A stretch of 64,000 bases of DNA from Takakia lepidozioides (lineage: Eukaryota > Plantae > Bryophyta), in NCBI GenBank assembly GCA_030704615.1, contig CM060731.1:26288001-26352000 (forward strand), in the 5' to 3' direction. The translations under genes were made by a program, and so were the position numbers. Below the pieces are notes generated by a model that was not told the origin of the DNA, did no database searches, and worked only from the letters and a program-made list of their open reading frames with translations. This document shows, one piece after another, positions 49,946-61,600 of the stretch (within the stretch, counting starts at the first letter, position 1; each line of letters starts with the position of its first letter).

Positions 49946-52334
49946 ACCTCTTTCCCATGACATAACAAAATTGGAGAGTGATTTCGTGCATGGATACAGA
50001 CCTGGTGCACAAGTTTTTTATGTGTCACTGACGGATATAAATGGGAAAAGCACATTAGTGTCTCCAGAGATCAGTGATACCTGGGATGAGTGCTGGAAAG
50101 ATGCTAATGAGGAGTTCGAGCTGGGCCTCATGATGGGAAAGAACACCTAGCAATTCTGCAACCACATGTTCTACGTCTGGGACGGCAACCACCGATTGCT
50201 GGCATGGATGGGATACATTCAGAAACATCATGCGAAAGACAAAGACAAGCATGTTGCTGTGGAGGCAATGGTTTTGGATCCAGGAAACGACATCGCTAGG
50301 CTTCTTACAGCTATGCACAACGTGAACAAGTAAGTCATCCTAGAGACTTCATTCCCTCTGTAGTGTCTTGTTAATCCCAAAAAAACAGTGTTAAGGAATG
50401 CAATGTTTCCAATGTTTTTGCAGATCAACAGAGAAATCGCATGTGACGACAAGCTTGGTCCACACACTATTCCGAATTCAGAGGATTGGTCTGATGAAGC
50501 TGGATGATTTTCGGACAGTACTCCCCCCCCCCAATATAATCAAGAAGTGCGAAACAGGAAGAGCTGCAGGCACTTGGTATTCTTTGACTCGAGAGGCGTT
50601 TCTGGAGTACATGTATGCGGTAAGCCCGAGTCTGTACTCAGTTTACTTTTCGAATACATGTTTGTAGTCCCTTCGGTGCTAATCACTATTTGAATCAATG
50701 CAGCAAGAACTGGCAGAGGCAGCTGAGAAGGGAAAATCCGAATATTACCGCACTACACCAGAGGAACTAAGGACATCAAAGGGTGTGGAAGCAGCAATAA
50801 AAAGGAGTTTGAAATGCGAAGAACCAAATTGATGTCCGCCTTCGGAAAGCAGCTTAGAATAGTAGATCCTGGACTTGGTTCTGAGTTCCTTCAGCAGATC
50901 AAATCTCACTATGACAAGCATGTGCATCCGGAGATGCAACAGGAGAAATTGCACCGGCTGGCCATATCCATGGTCGACCCACAAACAGAAATAAGGTGGC
51001 TGGAGATATGGAACTCAGATCAGACAGTAAATGACTTGAATCAGTTCCCAAAGAGCACCATACAGTCTGGCACAAAGGTGGAAGGAATCAGTGATTTGGT
51101 GTTTGATAACTGGCTCCACAAGGCTACATTTTGGAGTCAGGTGTGTATTCAAATAAGCCTTTTTCTTTTCTTCAATTATGTGATGAGTATCTTATTTGCA
51201 ATACTGACAAATATACAATTTGCAGCTTGAAAAACGCACCGTCATTGTGCTGGATCAGACTTTGAGGACTTGAACATTTCGATTGTTTCCCCTCCCCAAA
51301 TGTCATCGGAGGCATACATAAGGAAGTGGAGAGGTCTCACCTGGAGATACTGTTTTTTCCGGGAGTTCTCCAAAGATGGTAACATTTTATGCTCCAACGA
51401 CTTTGACAGTCAGGTTGGAGGAGAGTGGGCCATGATGCGAGTTGTGTACAGGTGCAATATCATACTGGAAACTCTACTGCACTTTTTGGGAAATAATTTG
51501 GCTTCATAAGGATTGTAATCATAGATCCAAATTGAATGTCGTTGACGACATTCACTTCTTTGTCTTAGTCATTCTTAAGCGAGAATTTGAATTCACCTGG
51601 ATTAGGAGCTTAGGGTGTAATTATAGTGTCCCTGATTAGAATTGATAATGTCCATGAATGGCGTTGACGACATTCACATCCAGAGTTGTTAAGAGGTCCT
51701 CAGAGTTATGTAAGTTTTTGTAATGTCCATAGAGTTTACAGTGAGGGTTCCTCACTCCAGTTTGCTGAATGTCAATGCGGACATTCAGTTGTTCTGCAAT
51801 GCTTTTGCCTCTTGCGAGAAATCTTGAGGCTTGATTAGCTGTGTTATTAGAGATCCAAAGTGAATGTCGTTGACGACATTCACTTCTATGTCTGTGTCAT
51901 TCACCAGCGATAATTTGAATTTACATGGATTAGGAGCTTAGGGTGTATTTATTGGTTCCTTGTTCGGAATTTTGTGAATGGCGTTGACGCCATTCACATC
52001 CAGTGTTATTATGAGGTCCTCAGTGTTATGTTCGTTATGAATGTCCATTGAGTTTTTAGGGAGGGTTCCTTACTCGAGTTTCTGAATGTCGTTGCCGACA
52101 TTCAGTTTCCATCCAATGATTTTGCCTCTTTTGAGAAATCATTAGGCTTGATTAGCAGTGTATTCACAAATCCAAAGTGAATGCCATTGACGACATTCAC
52201 TTCTATGTCTGTGTCATTCCAAAGCGAGAGTTTGCATTCACGTGGATTAGGGTGTATTTGCAGTATCATTGAATGGAATTTTTTGAATGGCGTTGACGAC
52301 ATTTACATCCGGAGCTGTCGCGTGGTCCTGAAAG
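49945..52334 (+). pseudogene. ParB-methyltransferase gene, copy 2 (ParB and middle exons only)
   Basis: PPLSHDITKLESDFVHGYRPG; DGNHR at 50181-50195; same exons and introns as copy 1. Confidence 0.85.
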
Positions 52335-55300
52335 GGAGGTTTGCTATTTCATGAGCATGAGCGGCATGAGCGGCATGAGCGGAGTAGTAAGACAATCGGT
52401 TTTCATGAGCAGAAGTACAAATTTTGAAAATAAAAAACAATAAAAAACAGTAATTTAATGCAATGTGTCAGGAAAAACAAATATATTATTCGGCCCCTTG
52501 AAGGGAAAATTGCAGTTTTGACAGTTGTGCTCATGATATTTCGTCTTCCGCTCATGCCAATTCCCAGCGACATGTGCAAATATGGCGCCGAATTTCGCGG
52601 TAATAGGGTCCGTAACCTGAAAAAACGGCGACGTATTTCACGGTAATAGGTCTCTCTGGCGAAAAATGGTGCCGAATTCCGCGGCTATAGGTCCCCTCAT
52701 GACAGGTAATTCGGCGCCATTTTTCCAGTGCATGTTCGGACTTAGCCAGTTTTCGGCGCAAAATAGGGAAATTCGGCGCCATTTTTCCAAACACTGTACC
52801 AGTGCATGTTGGGACTTAGCCAGTTCTCGGCCCAAAAAAGAGAAATTCGGCGCCATTTTTCCAGACACGGTACCAGTGCATGTTGGGACTTAGCCAGTTT
52901 TCGGCCCAAAAAAGAGAAATTCGGTGCCATTTTCCCAGACACAGGTACCAGTGCATGTTGGGACTTAGCCAGTTTTCGGCCCCAAAAAGAGAAATTCGGC
53001 GCCATTTTTCCAGAAATGGCCCCACAACTGCTTCTGTTGGATCTCAGTTTGAATGGAATATTGCCTCATTCCAGGAGTTTTGGGGTGCATTTCATTACAC
53101 TGCAAAAAAAAGTCTGATACAGCAAAATGCAATTGAAAATATCCATATGGAGGATTCCCTTTGCCCCATCAATGATTTTTGGAATCCCTAAGGAGGAGTT
53201 TGTGCAGCTCGTTCACGCTCAACGCCGGTGCATGAATAAAGTCATCAATAGTCACGTTCATCCTCAACCTCTTCAGGTCAATGTAATACAGATGCTTGCA
53301 CGGATAATACTTCGAACCCTTCTTTGCTTCCATCAACGAGAAGTCCGTACAATTGCAAGTCGGCTCCACTCCAATCGTAATTGTGTATACATCATCGCGT
53401 ATAGCCGAGCCAGCCGTTGCCATCCGATACACACGCCCAAGGCCGGGTGGGGGTACGTCCACGGAGCTCTGAATAGTGCAAGCCATCCCAAGAGCATTGG
53501 CAATCCGAGTCTCATTCAACTTGTTGGGAGGGTGTCGTCTCTTCACTCTTTCGAATCGCATTGTGGGATGTGCATAATTGTCCAATCCGTCTCTACTGGA
53601 CCGAGCAGTCTGTAATGGCTGGGTCTGAGGAACCGGAAATGCGTGGGCCGGGATGTCTGTGCGTTGCACCATTCGAAATCCTGCTGCAGATAGAGCATTC
53701 GCCTCATTCTGAGAGAGGCTGCAACCCGGTGCAACAGGCCAGACGCCCGGAGGCTCCAGCAATCTTTGAATCCCGTACTTGGGCTTGCCAAATACACAGG
53801 TCATTATGTCGTGCCTACAGAACCAAAATGTCTGCGTTGTGGCGTGAGCAAATGTGGGAGTCAAAAATCTGCCGCTGAAACAAGGTGCAGGTACAGCACC
53901 GTGTGGGTTCCTCCGAATCATCTCACCACAGCGTGCTCTCGTATCCACCCGGATGGCGCAACACTTCCCTCGAAATGCCGGCAATGTCCTTGCAATTCTC
54001 CACTGTGACTCCGACACTCTTGTCTCCACAATGGGAATGTTGTACAGCTTTACTACAGATGGCTCGTTATGTTGCCGGGGCACGCGCCCTATGCTCAAAG
54101 GAGATGGCGATCTTGAACGTGCAGGACTTGCGGTGCTCGACGAGACCTCCTCGGGCAACATCACCGGACCACGAGGGAGCGTGCGAATATTCTTGTCAGC
54201 TCGCCATGAATCCTCTTCTCCGCCAGGTGCCTCATCAAGTCTTCGTCTCACTGGACGGGTATGAACATCTCCTTCCAAATGTTGGCCTCTTCGCAGCAAT
54301 GGTGTGTCCCGAAGGCCCTCTCGCAAGGCCGCCGCCCACTTCCAAGGATTCTTCGATCTAGAGGTAGTCCGCATCAGCATTTCCTGCCTGTCCGGCCCCA
54401 AGCCCCACTGTTTCCCTTTCAAGAACTCGTTGTACCTGCATTGCTGCATAATTGACCTCACAATGTCCTCCGTTGTGGCAGTGAGGATGTCCACTAGATG
54501 CGCCGCAGAGGAGGCACGCTAGGAAGAGTGCACTGATTCGGCCATGTTTGTCGTGGGCATGTCGGTGTCGGAGTCGAGACACATTTCCTGCACAAGCACA
54601 TGTTGAGGTTACAAGCAAGTTACAAATATAGCCAAGAATAATATTCAACGGGACGCGAATTCGTGCAACTCACCTCCCGCATATAGTCGCCGAACTGGAG
54701 GAAACGATAATGCCACCATGCTAGCCAACTGACCATTGCTCCCTCGTCTGATTTCCTTACAGCACCTGACGATGTCCACCAAGCCCGTATACATGCAAAC
54801 TGTGTCTCTGCATCATCCAAGGTGGGAGCGCACTTCTACGCAAGGCACATGGAACGGTGCTCCTCTCTGAAATCTGGCGCCACAAGCCTGGTTGTGTACT
54901 GCGAAAGGCTCTGCAGAAAATGGAACCCACAAGATCTCTCCTTGCCTTCCATGGGAACATTGGGGTCTTGCCCGTACACCCTTCGGATGGCAGCCTAATT
55001 TGCTTGTGCGTTGTCCGCCATGAAACCACGGAAATTGGGAGGGGGCAATCCCGCCTTGGCCATCTGTTCGTTTATTCCCTGCCAAAGAAGCATCTCCGAT
55101 TGTGTGTCCTCTCTTTTCATCTCACAAATAGCAATTGTCATTAGCATCTTGCAGTGGGTGTCGTAGACATGTGCACCCATTGTCACCCACTGGTGATTTG
55201 TAATTCACTTGATATGGTCGAACATGACCCAACTGTTTGACAAGTCCCCACTCGTCATCTTGTCGACCAGTTGGACGCCGCTGCCAGGTCTACACGTGGA

Positions 55301-55677
55301 CATTTTGAATACGAAACAACGATCTGCCTCAGTCCCTTGTCCTGGAAACCTACTTCCATGAATGTAGTCATATCCACATCGTCGCTTCACCTCCAGAATG
55401 GAGTGCATATCCGAGCCACGCCCAATTTTCTGTTTGCATGAGACAACGTGGTTTCGGACATTCGGTGAACATACGTGGGACACCGACTCCAGCAATGCCT
55501 CCATTTCCTTCTCATCGAGAGGAACTCTATCGGAACCGTCTTCCGACATAATTCTGGCCAATGCCATCTTATGGGCGGCTTGGAGCTGTATCTGTTTGGG
55601 TTTGGCACCCGGTCTCAACTTAACCTCCTCCTGAACGAGCTGCTCTGCCTCGTGGGCAGCCTCCCGCGAGTTCCCGT
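52335..55677 (-). mobile_element. MULE-A copy 2 (right end plus 3' two-thirds of the transposase, 53169-55677)
   Basis: Reverse complement of ~17225-20538; WVMFDHIK, FMADNAQAN, SWIM. Confidence 0.9.
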
Positions 55678-58600
55678 CACTACCTGGATAAGTGAGTCCC
55701 TCTGGAGGCTGATATCGAGGTAACCTTTCCGGCATAGGAGACCCCCGTCGCTTCTTCTCCGCCATCTGAATTGCATAGTCTTCTCCCATGTCAAAAGAAT
55801 TCGGTGAAGAAACAGTTGTATCAGAATCCTCATCGCCTCTCAGGTGTTTTAATTTTCGAACTTTTTGTGGAATCATCTGGGGCATACAATGCTGTCCTAC
55901 CATGTCTGGAAGTTTATATTTTACAACTTGGTGTAACCGCTGAACAGCAAAATTGGTATAGACACTGAGCTCCTTGTCTGTCCAGGTGAGTGGGGTACCA
56001 ATTACTGGTGCAGCGTGCAAGTATTTCCATGCCACATGTCCCTTATAGAAAATATCATCAATGCCGAATTTCTGTGTTGACAAATTGTTCCAGGCCGCTT
56101 GAAACCATGAACGAATTTGAGAATCCTTTGCATCATAATTTTGGGTCATATAGGTACATATGAGGTGGCACCGAAGGTAATACCCAATGATCTCCACTGG
56201 AATAATTCAGAAAGCGTGTTTGCATCTTTTGTTGCTCAATGTGATAACGTACCAGAAAACAGCAGTGTAGTATAACCCGCATCCCATGACAATACTTGCT
56301 ACCTCCTTGGTCTTGGTATAAATGAGTCGATGTACAACCTGGAAAGCAATTAATTCCCTCAACATGGTACCTCCCTCGTGCCAGTACTGTGCAAAGTGAT
56401 GATCCTCAATTGATCGATTCTTCGGAAGAACTTTAGTCCTAGTTGCCACTGGCAGCCAGATGCGCATGATTTGGTAGTAATGTGCAAATGACTGCGGAGG
56501 ACTAAATTCTTTCCAAGCCAAATCCAACATGATGGGAATTTGGTTGAAGGGCATAATCATAGCCCTACTGTACTCCCTTGCAGCTGGAGTTTTAGGTGGG
56601 TTAAAAGCTGCATTCCCCATACCTCAGGCTATGGTGGCTGTGGTGTGGTTTGTAGTAACCACAGGTTCAGCTACTGGTACAGTGACTTGTTGTGGTGGTG
56701 GTGGTACTGACTCTTGTATCATTGGCATCTCCTGCACCTCCTGTGAAGACTGAAAAGCCAAAGTTTTGGCTTGTAAATAAGAAGCCATTAGCTGTTCCTG
56801 AGGGATATAGACTCTTTTGTCAATGTTTGAAGTGAGGTCCTCCACTTGAGTCTGCAGTCCGTCTACATCCTCTTGTAACTCTGCTATCCTACTATAGACA
56901 TTGTCTATAGTAGTTGTGGCAATGTTCTGCACCTGTAGCCTGAGCTCATTCATCTCGCTTTGGGTGAGTTCGTGGTGCTTTGCCTACTGGCCCCTTGTGC
57001 TCACCAGACCTGCATAAGCTGTTATCCACCAAGTTGCTTGTGGTTCCCCTGAGAGTTTGCTCCTCTCTTAGCTTGTACACTTCTAACTGTTGTTGTAAAG
57101 CCTCCATGCGCTTCGCCTGAGGTTCAACCAACTTCGCATAGGCAGCAGCCAGATTATTAGCTTCCCTCTAAGCCTTGTTATTGACAGCGATTTCATTTCT
57201 ATTGGCCATGATCGTTTGGTGCAACTCCACGATGTGCTTCTCTTGATCAGCTTCAACCTGCCTGTATTGCTTGAAAGCATCCTCATTGCAACAGATTGTA
57301 TTCTTCATATCGACAATGAGTTTCAATTGCTCAACATTCTCCTCTTCTGCTTCTTCGTACATTTTTCCGCTTGACTGTTTATTTCTTTTGTAGATTGTTC
57401 AAGCATAGTTGTGAATGTAGCACATCGCCATCCTGTCATGCACTGTCTGCAACTCCGTATGTAGTGCATTCACTTCTTGCAACTTGCTTTCATGCTGCAC
57501 CTGCATTTGGTAGAGCTGTTGCTTATGTGCTTTGTGCAACTGGTCTTGCGCGAGGCCTGCCTCAATCAATTGTTCCTTGGCCAATTGCAAAGCCGCTTCT
57601 GTATTTCCTAAGTCCTGCTGCATCTTGAGAGTGACCTCTTCATCGACCTTGTTTGCACACTCAGTGGCTAGTCGAGCCTCGAACTCCTTCCTGAGTTCCT
57701 CTCTCAAGGCTGTCAATTGGGTATTGGAACATGGGATTTGACATAAGTCCCCAACAATTAAGTGTCCCCCTATGGAACTCATCAGCATTGCCTGTCGAGG
57801 GTCATCATGGTGAGGTTGCTGCTGTTCCTCCTGATCCTCAACAATGTGATGTCTCACGAACCATTCAGGCCATTGTCCCACCGGATTTTCTTCCTGAACC
57901 ACTTCATCTATCACCGGTGCTACAGTGTCATGACCTTCCGCCTGTGGTACCTCCGACACAGGTGTGTGTATTATATGCACCTCAGGATTTCCCTTGGGCA
58001 ACTGTTGCACCTCTGGGATCTCTGTCTCCTTGACCAGACCAGAATATTCATAGAGAAGGTCCCCCTTCTCCATTTCTGCCACTATCTGTTCTGTAGTTGG
58101 AATATCTAACCCTTCTCTTTCCAAATCAATTATTTCTGGTTGAGCTGCATGGACAACTTGTGACCTTGTGACAAGTCGATCAGCTGGCTGTGATGGTTGT
58201 GATACAGAAGTAACTTCCTCCTCCTCTCTGAAGGTCCTGCTTCCAGTAATAGCATTTCTCTGTGCTGTTGTGCCCCTTCCTGCACATGAGCTTGGGAAAC
58301 ATTATCATGCGGAATCCGTGAAGCCAGTGGATCCACCACTACAGTCTTTCCCCGTCTCTGCCTCTTAGTCTCGGGTTGCCCTGCTCGTCCACCCTCACTG
58401 TGTGAAGAGCCTTGCTCTTCCATTGCAGTGGTTTCTGGCTCAAACACTCCCATTTCCTTTCTTTCTTGCGCATCAAGTATGCCAGAATCAAGGATTATTT
58501 GAGCAATGATTGGGCCAGACACTATGATAGGAGACTTTGCGGTAGTACCTTGTAATCTTTTCAGCTCCTCCACCAGTGCGTTGTACATTATGTCCGCCCA

Positions 58601-61600
58601 TTGTACCTCTTGTCCCTTCAGGCCTTTGAGTATTTCCTCCGTGAAGGATCTGCTCAAATACTGTTGGTTCTGTTTCATGGCAATCAGAACGTTCAATACC
58701 TGGCCTACCTCTTTTAGCCCTGGGTACACAGCCTTGGTACAAGCATAACCCTGAGTTTTAAAGAAACTCCCTTCTTGGAATAAGTCCCCTATTTGCAGTC
58801 TTGCCCTCTGTTCCTCCACATGCACCTGACCTGCTGGCAATCGAAACAATTGCTGGAGGTATAGGGGAGTAATCATCAATTCAACTCCCTTCACCGTTGT
58901 TGTTCGTGTCCTTGGCTCAAAGTTCTGCAAAAATTGTAACATGTACTGTCTATGGTGTAATGTCCAATCTAGGCTTTGCATCCTTGCAATCTCAGCTCCT
59001 CCAGTATCTGTATCGTCTGTGGGGTAGCAATCGTTTGTTTCTGCAGAATTGTGGTGCTCTTCACCCTGATTTCCTCCATTCCTCTCACTCTCTTCATTTT
59101 AGACTCACAGAACTGTTTTGGCTGTAACAACTGCAGGAATGCCTGTAGTGCACAAGCATAAACGTATGGTTGCCGCAGAAAGCTATGGGTAATTTCTTGT
59201 AAGCCTGCGGGGCTTGCAAGCATCGCTCAAGAGAAAAGCTCCGTTCTGTCCTTTCGTGTCTATGCCACTGCGTAAGTAATATTGCGAGCGTATAGTCTGT
59301 TAGTTCCTCCATAGTTTCCAAGCTATAGCATGATGGTCTGTCCCGTCGAGACGCCCGTTACTCAGAACGACGCCGCCTCAATTTCCCTCCATTTTCTTGA
59401 TCCTTTCTCTGGTTTTCTATTGGCTGTATCCGCTGTGACTGGATTTTAGATTTTTTTCTTTAGTGGACTTTCCCTGCTGGATAGTCCACTAGGATCACAC
59501 ATGTGACAAGAATTTCGTTTTTCTGTACTTGTCGTTCGTTCCGTTTCCCTTTTTCCGTATTCATTAATGGGCCCGCCTTTCATCCCTTTTGACGGCCGTT
59601 CTTGTCCTCTTTCTTTATGACACCTGTTCTTGCACTTCCTTCTCAGCTGTGTGTCGCGCCCTGACCTCCACGTGTCTATTTTTAAACTAATTTCCGTTTT
59701 CTCTTCCGTCAGCCATTTTCTTGAAGTTATTATGCGTCCACCTGTCACTGATTCTATGGATCGTGTAACCCTAGTAGGCTGTGTTGAGCTGTGACAGGCT
59801 GTGTCATACTGTGTTACGCTGTGATAGGCTGTGATGCACTGTGGTAAACTGTGATAGGCTGTGACACGCTGTGGTAGGTTGTGATAGGCTGTGTTGCGCC
59901 GTGCTGGGCTGTGATAGGCTGTGTCACGTCGTGATGGGCTGTGATAGGCTGTGCTTTGCCTTGTTGGGCTGTGATAGGCTGTGTCACGTTTGTTTTGCCC
60001 GCCCTGGTCATATATGCTCGGCCTAGCGACAAGTGCTCCATACTCCGTTCGTAACACTGGTGCAGCCCGTGACTGCTCTTGCGGTTCAACATGCAAATCA
60101 TGCTGCAAGGGTTTGTCATGGATACCACTGTACCCCTTCAACTTATTGGCATTGACTCTTCCCAGCATTTCTTTGTTAATGGTTTGTAACATGACGGTGT
60201 TGTTATCATACATCTTTTGTATGACATAAGGTCCTTTCCATGGTGATTTAAGCTTAGAAGCTTGAATCTTTCATTTCTTCTGCAACCATAGAACCAAATC
60301 TCCCGTCTTAAAGGTTTTTAACTTGCCTTCATCAAACTGTTCCTTTCGCTTCATCTGAATTCTGGTCATATTATCAGCTGCATCAGCACGTACTTCTTCC
60401 ACATGGTATAATTCATGTTTCCTGACCTTGATGGAGTCTTGCAATTCCATTCTCTTTCCCCACTCCGTTCTCATGGTAGGTAACAGGAATTCCACTGGAA
60501 GTAAGGCTTCCATACCATAAACTAATTGGAATGGTGTATACTTAGTGGTGACTTTATATGAAGTCATGTATGACCACAAAGCTGTCAGCAGCTTTGTATC
60601 CCAATCCGTTCTGTTTGCATTGACTATCTTAGCCAAGATAGTACATAGTATTTTGTTGGTAGCCTCTGCCTGCCCATTACCCTGTGGGTAATATGTTGTA
60701 CTCTTTCTATGCACAATCATGAACTCTTTAGTCAACAACTCAATGGTCTCATTCATGAAGTGACTTCCCTGATCACTGATAAATTCTAAGGGACAACCAA
60801 TCGTGTAAGTATGTTCTCGTACAGGAACCTTGCTGTGGACTTGGCTGTGTTGTCCCTCAAAGCTTTAGCTTCCACCCACTTTGTAGTATAATCAGTGGCT
60901 GTAATTATGTACCTATTTCGTGTATTCTTGGATGGTGGGTTAATTGGTCCAACAAAGTCTGGTCCCCATTTCTGAAATGGTTCCGTAGGCATTGTAGGAT
61001 GCAAGGCCATCCTTCCAGATCTCTGCAAAGGTCCTAGCCTCTGACATTCATCACACTTCTGACAATACTCGTGTACATCTTTGAACAAAGTAGGCCACCA
61101 GTATCCTGCGAGTAGTATCTTCCTACTGGTAGTCTCTTCTCCAAAATGACCTCCAGCCACTCCTTTATGAACTTCCGCCAAAACTTTATTTACTTCATGG
61201 TGGTACAAGCATCGTTTTAGTACTCCATCAGGTCCTAGCTTATACATTATGCTTCCTACCATAGTATAAGGTAAAGCTTTGATAGCGATTCTCTTCCTCT
61301 GCTCCTTACCATAACTAGGTGGGCACTGACCATGAGCAAGGTAGTATCTGATTGGCCACTGCCAATCTAACCAGTCATCTGCATTTCCCTGCACCTCCAC
61401 TGCAAAGAGACTCGCATCTGGTAATTGATCATCTATTCCTGTGGCTGGTTCTCCTGTTGACAATCGTGACAAATGATCCGCCACAAGATGCAGTCTCCCA
61501 GGCTTGTAAACAACCTCGACCTCAAACTCGTGCAAGATTATCAACCATCTTGCTATTCTTCCGCTTATCAGAGGTTTGTTTACCAGGTATATCAGAGCCT

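Larger units (their letters stand above)
47445..52334 (-). mobile_element. MULE-C copy 2, inverted, internally deleted and truncated by MULE-A
   Basis: 47445-49590 mirrors 35348-33188, and 49945-52334 mirrors 29420-27089. It starts CAACGACGCAATGGCGTGAGC inside a PPR repeat. Confidence 0.9.

Noticed and set aside
55205-56197. 330-aa ORF that looks like a novel protein
   Set aside because: Chance in-frame fusion of the Gy-B extra ORF with MULE-A transposase at a deletion junction (~55677); both partners are frameshifted on either side.
59446-60213. 255-aa ORF with TAYHS repeats
   Set aside because: Integrase C-terminal tail reading through a non-coding 30-bp tandem array.
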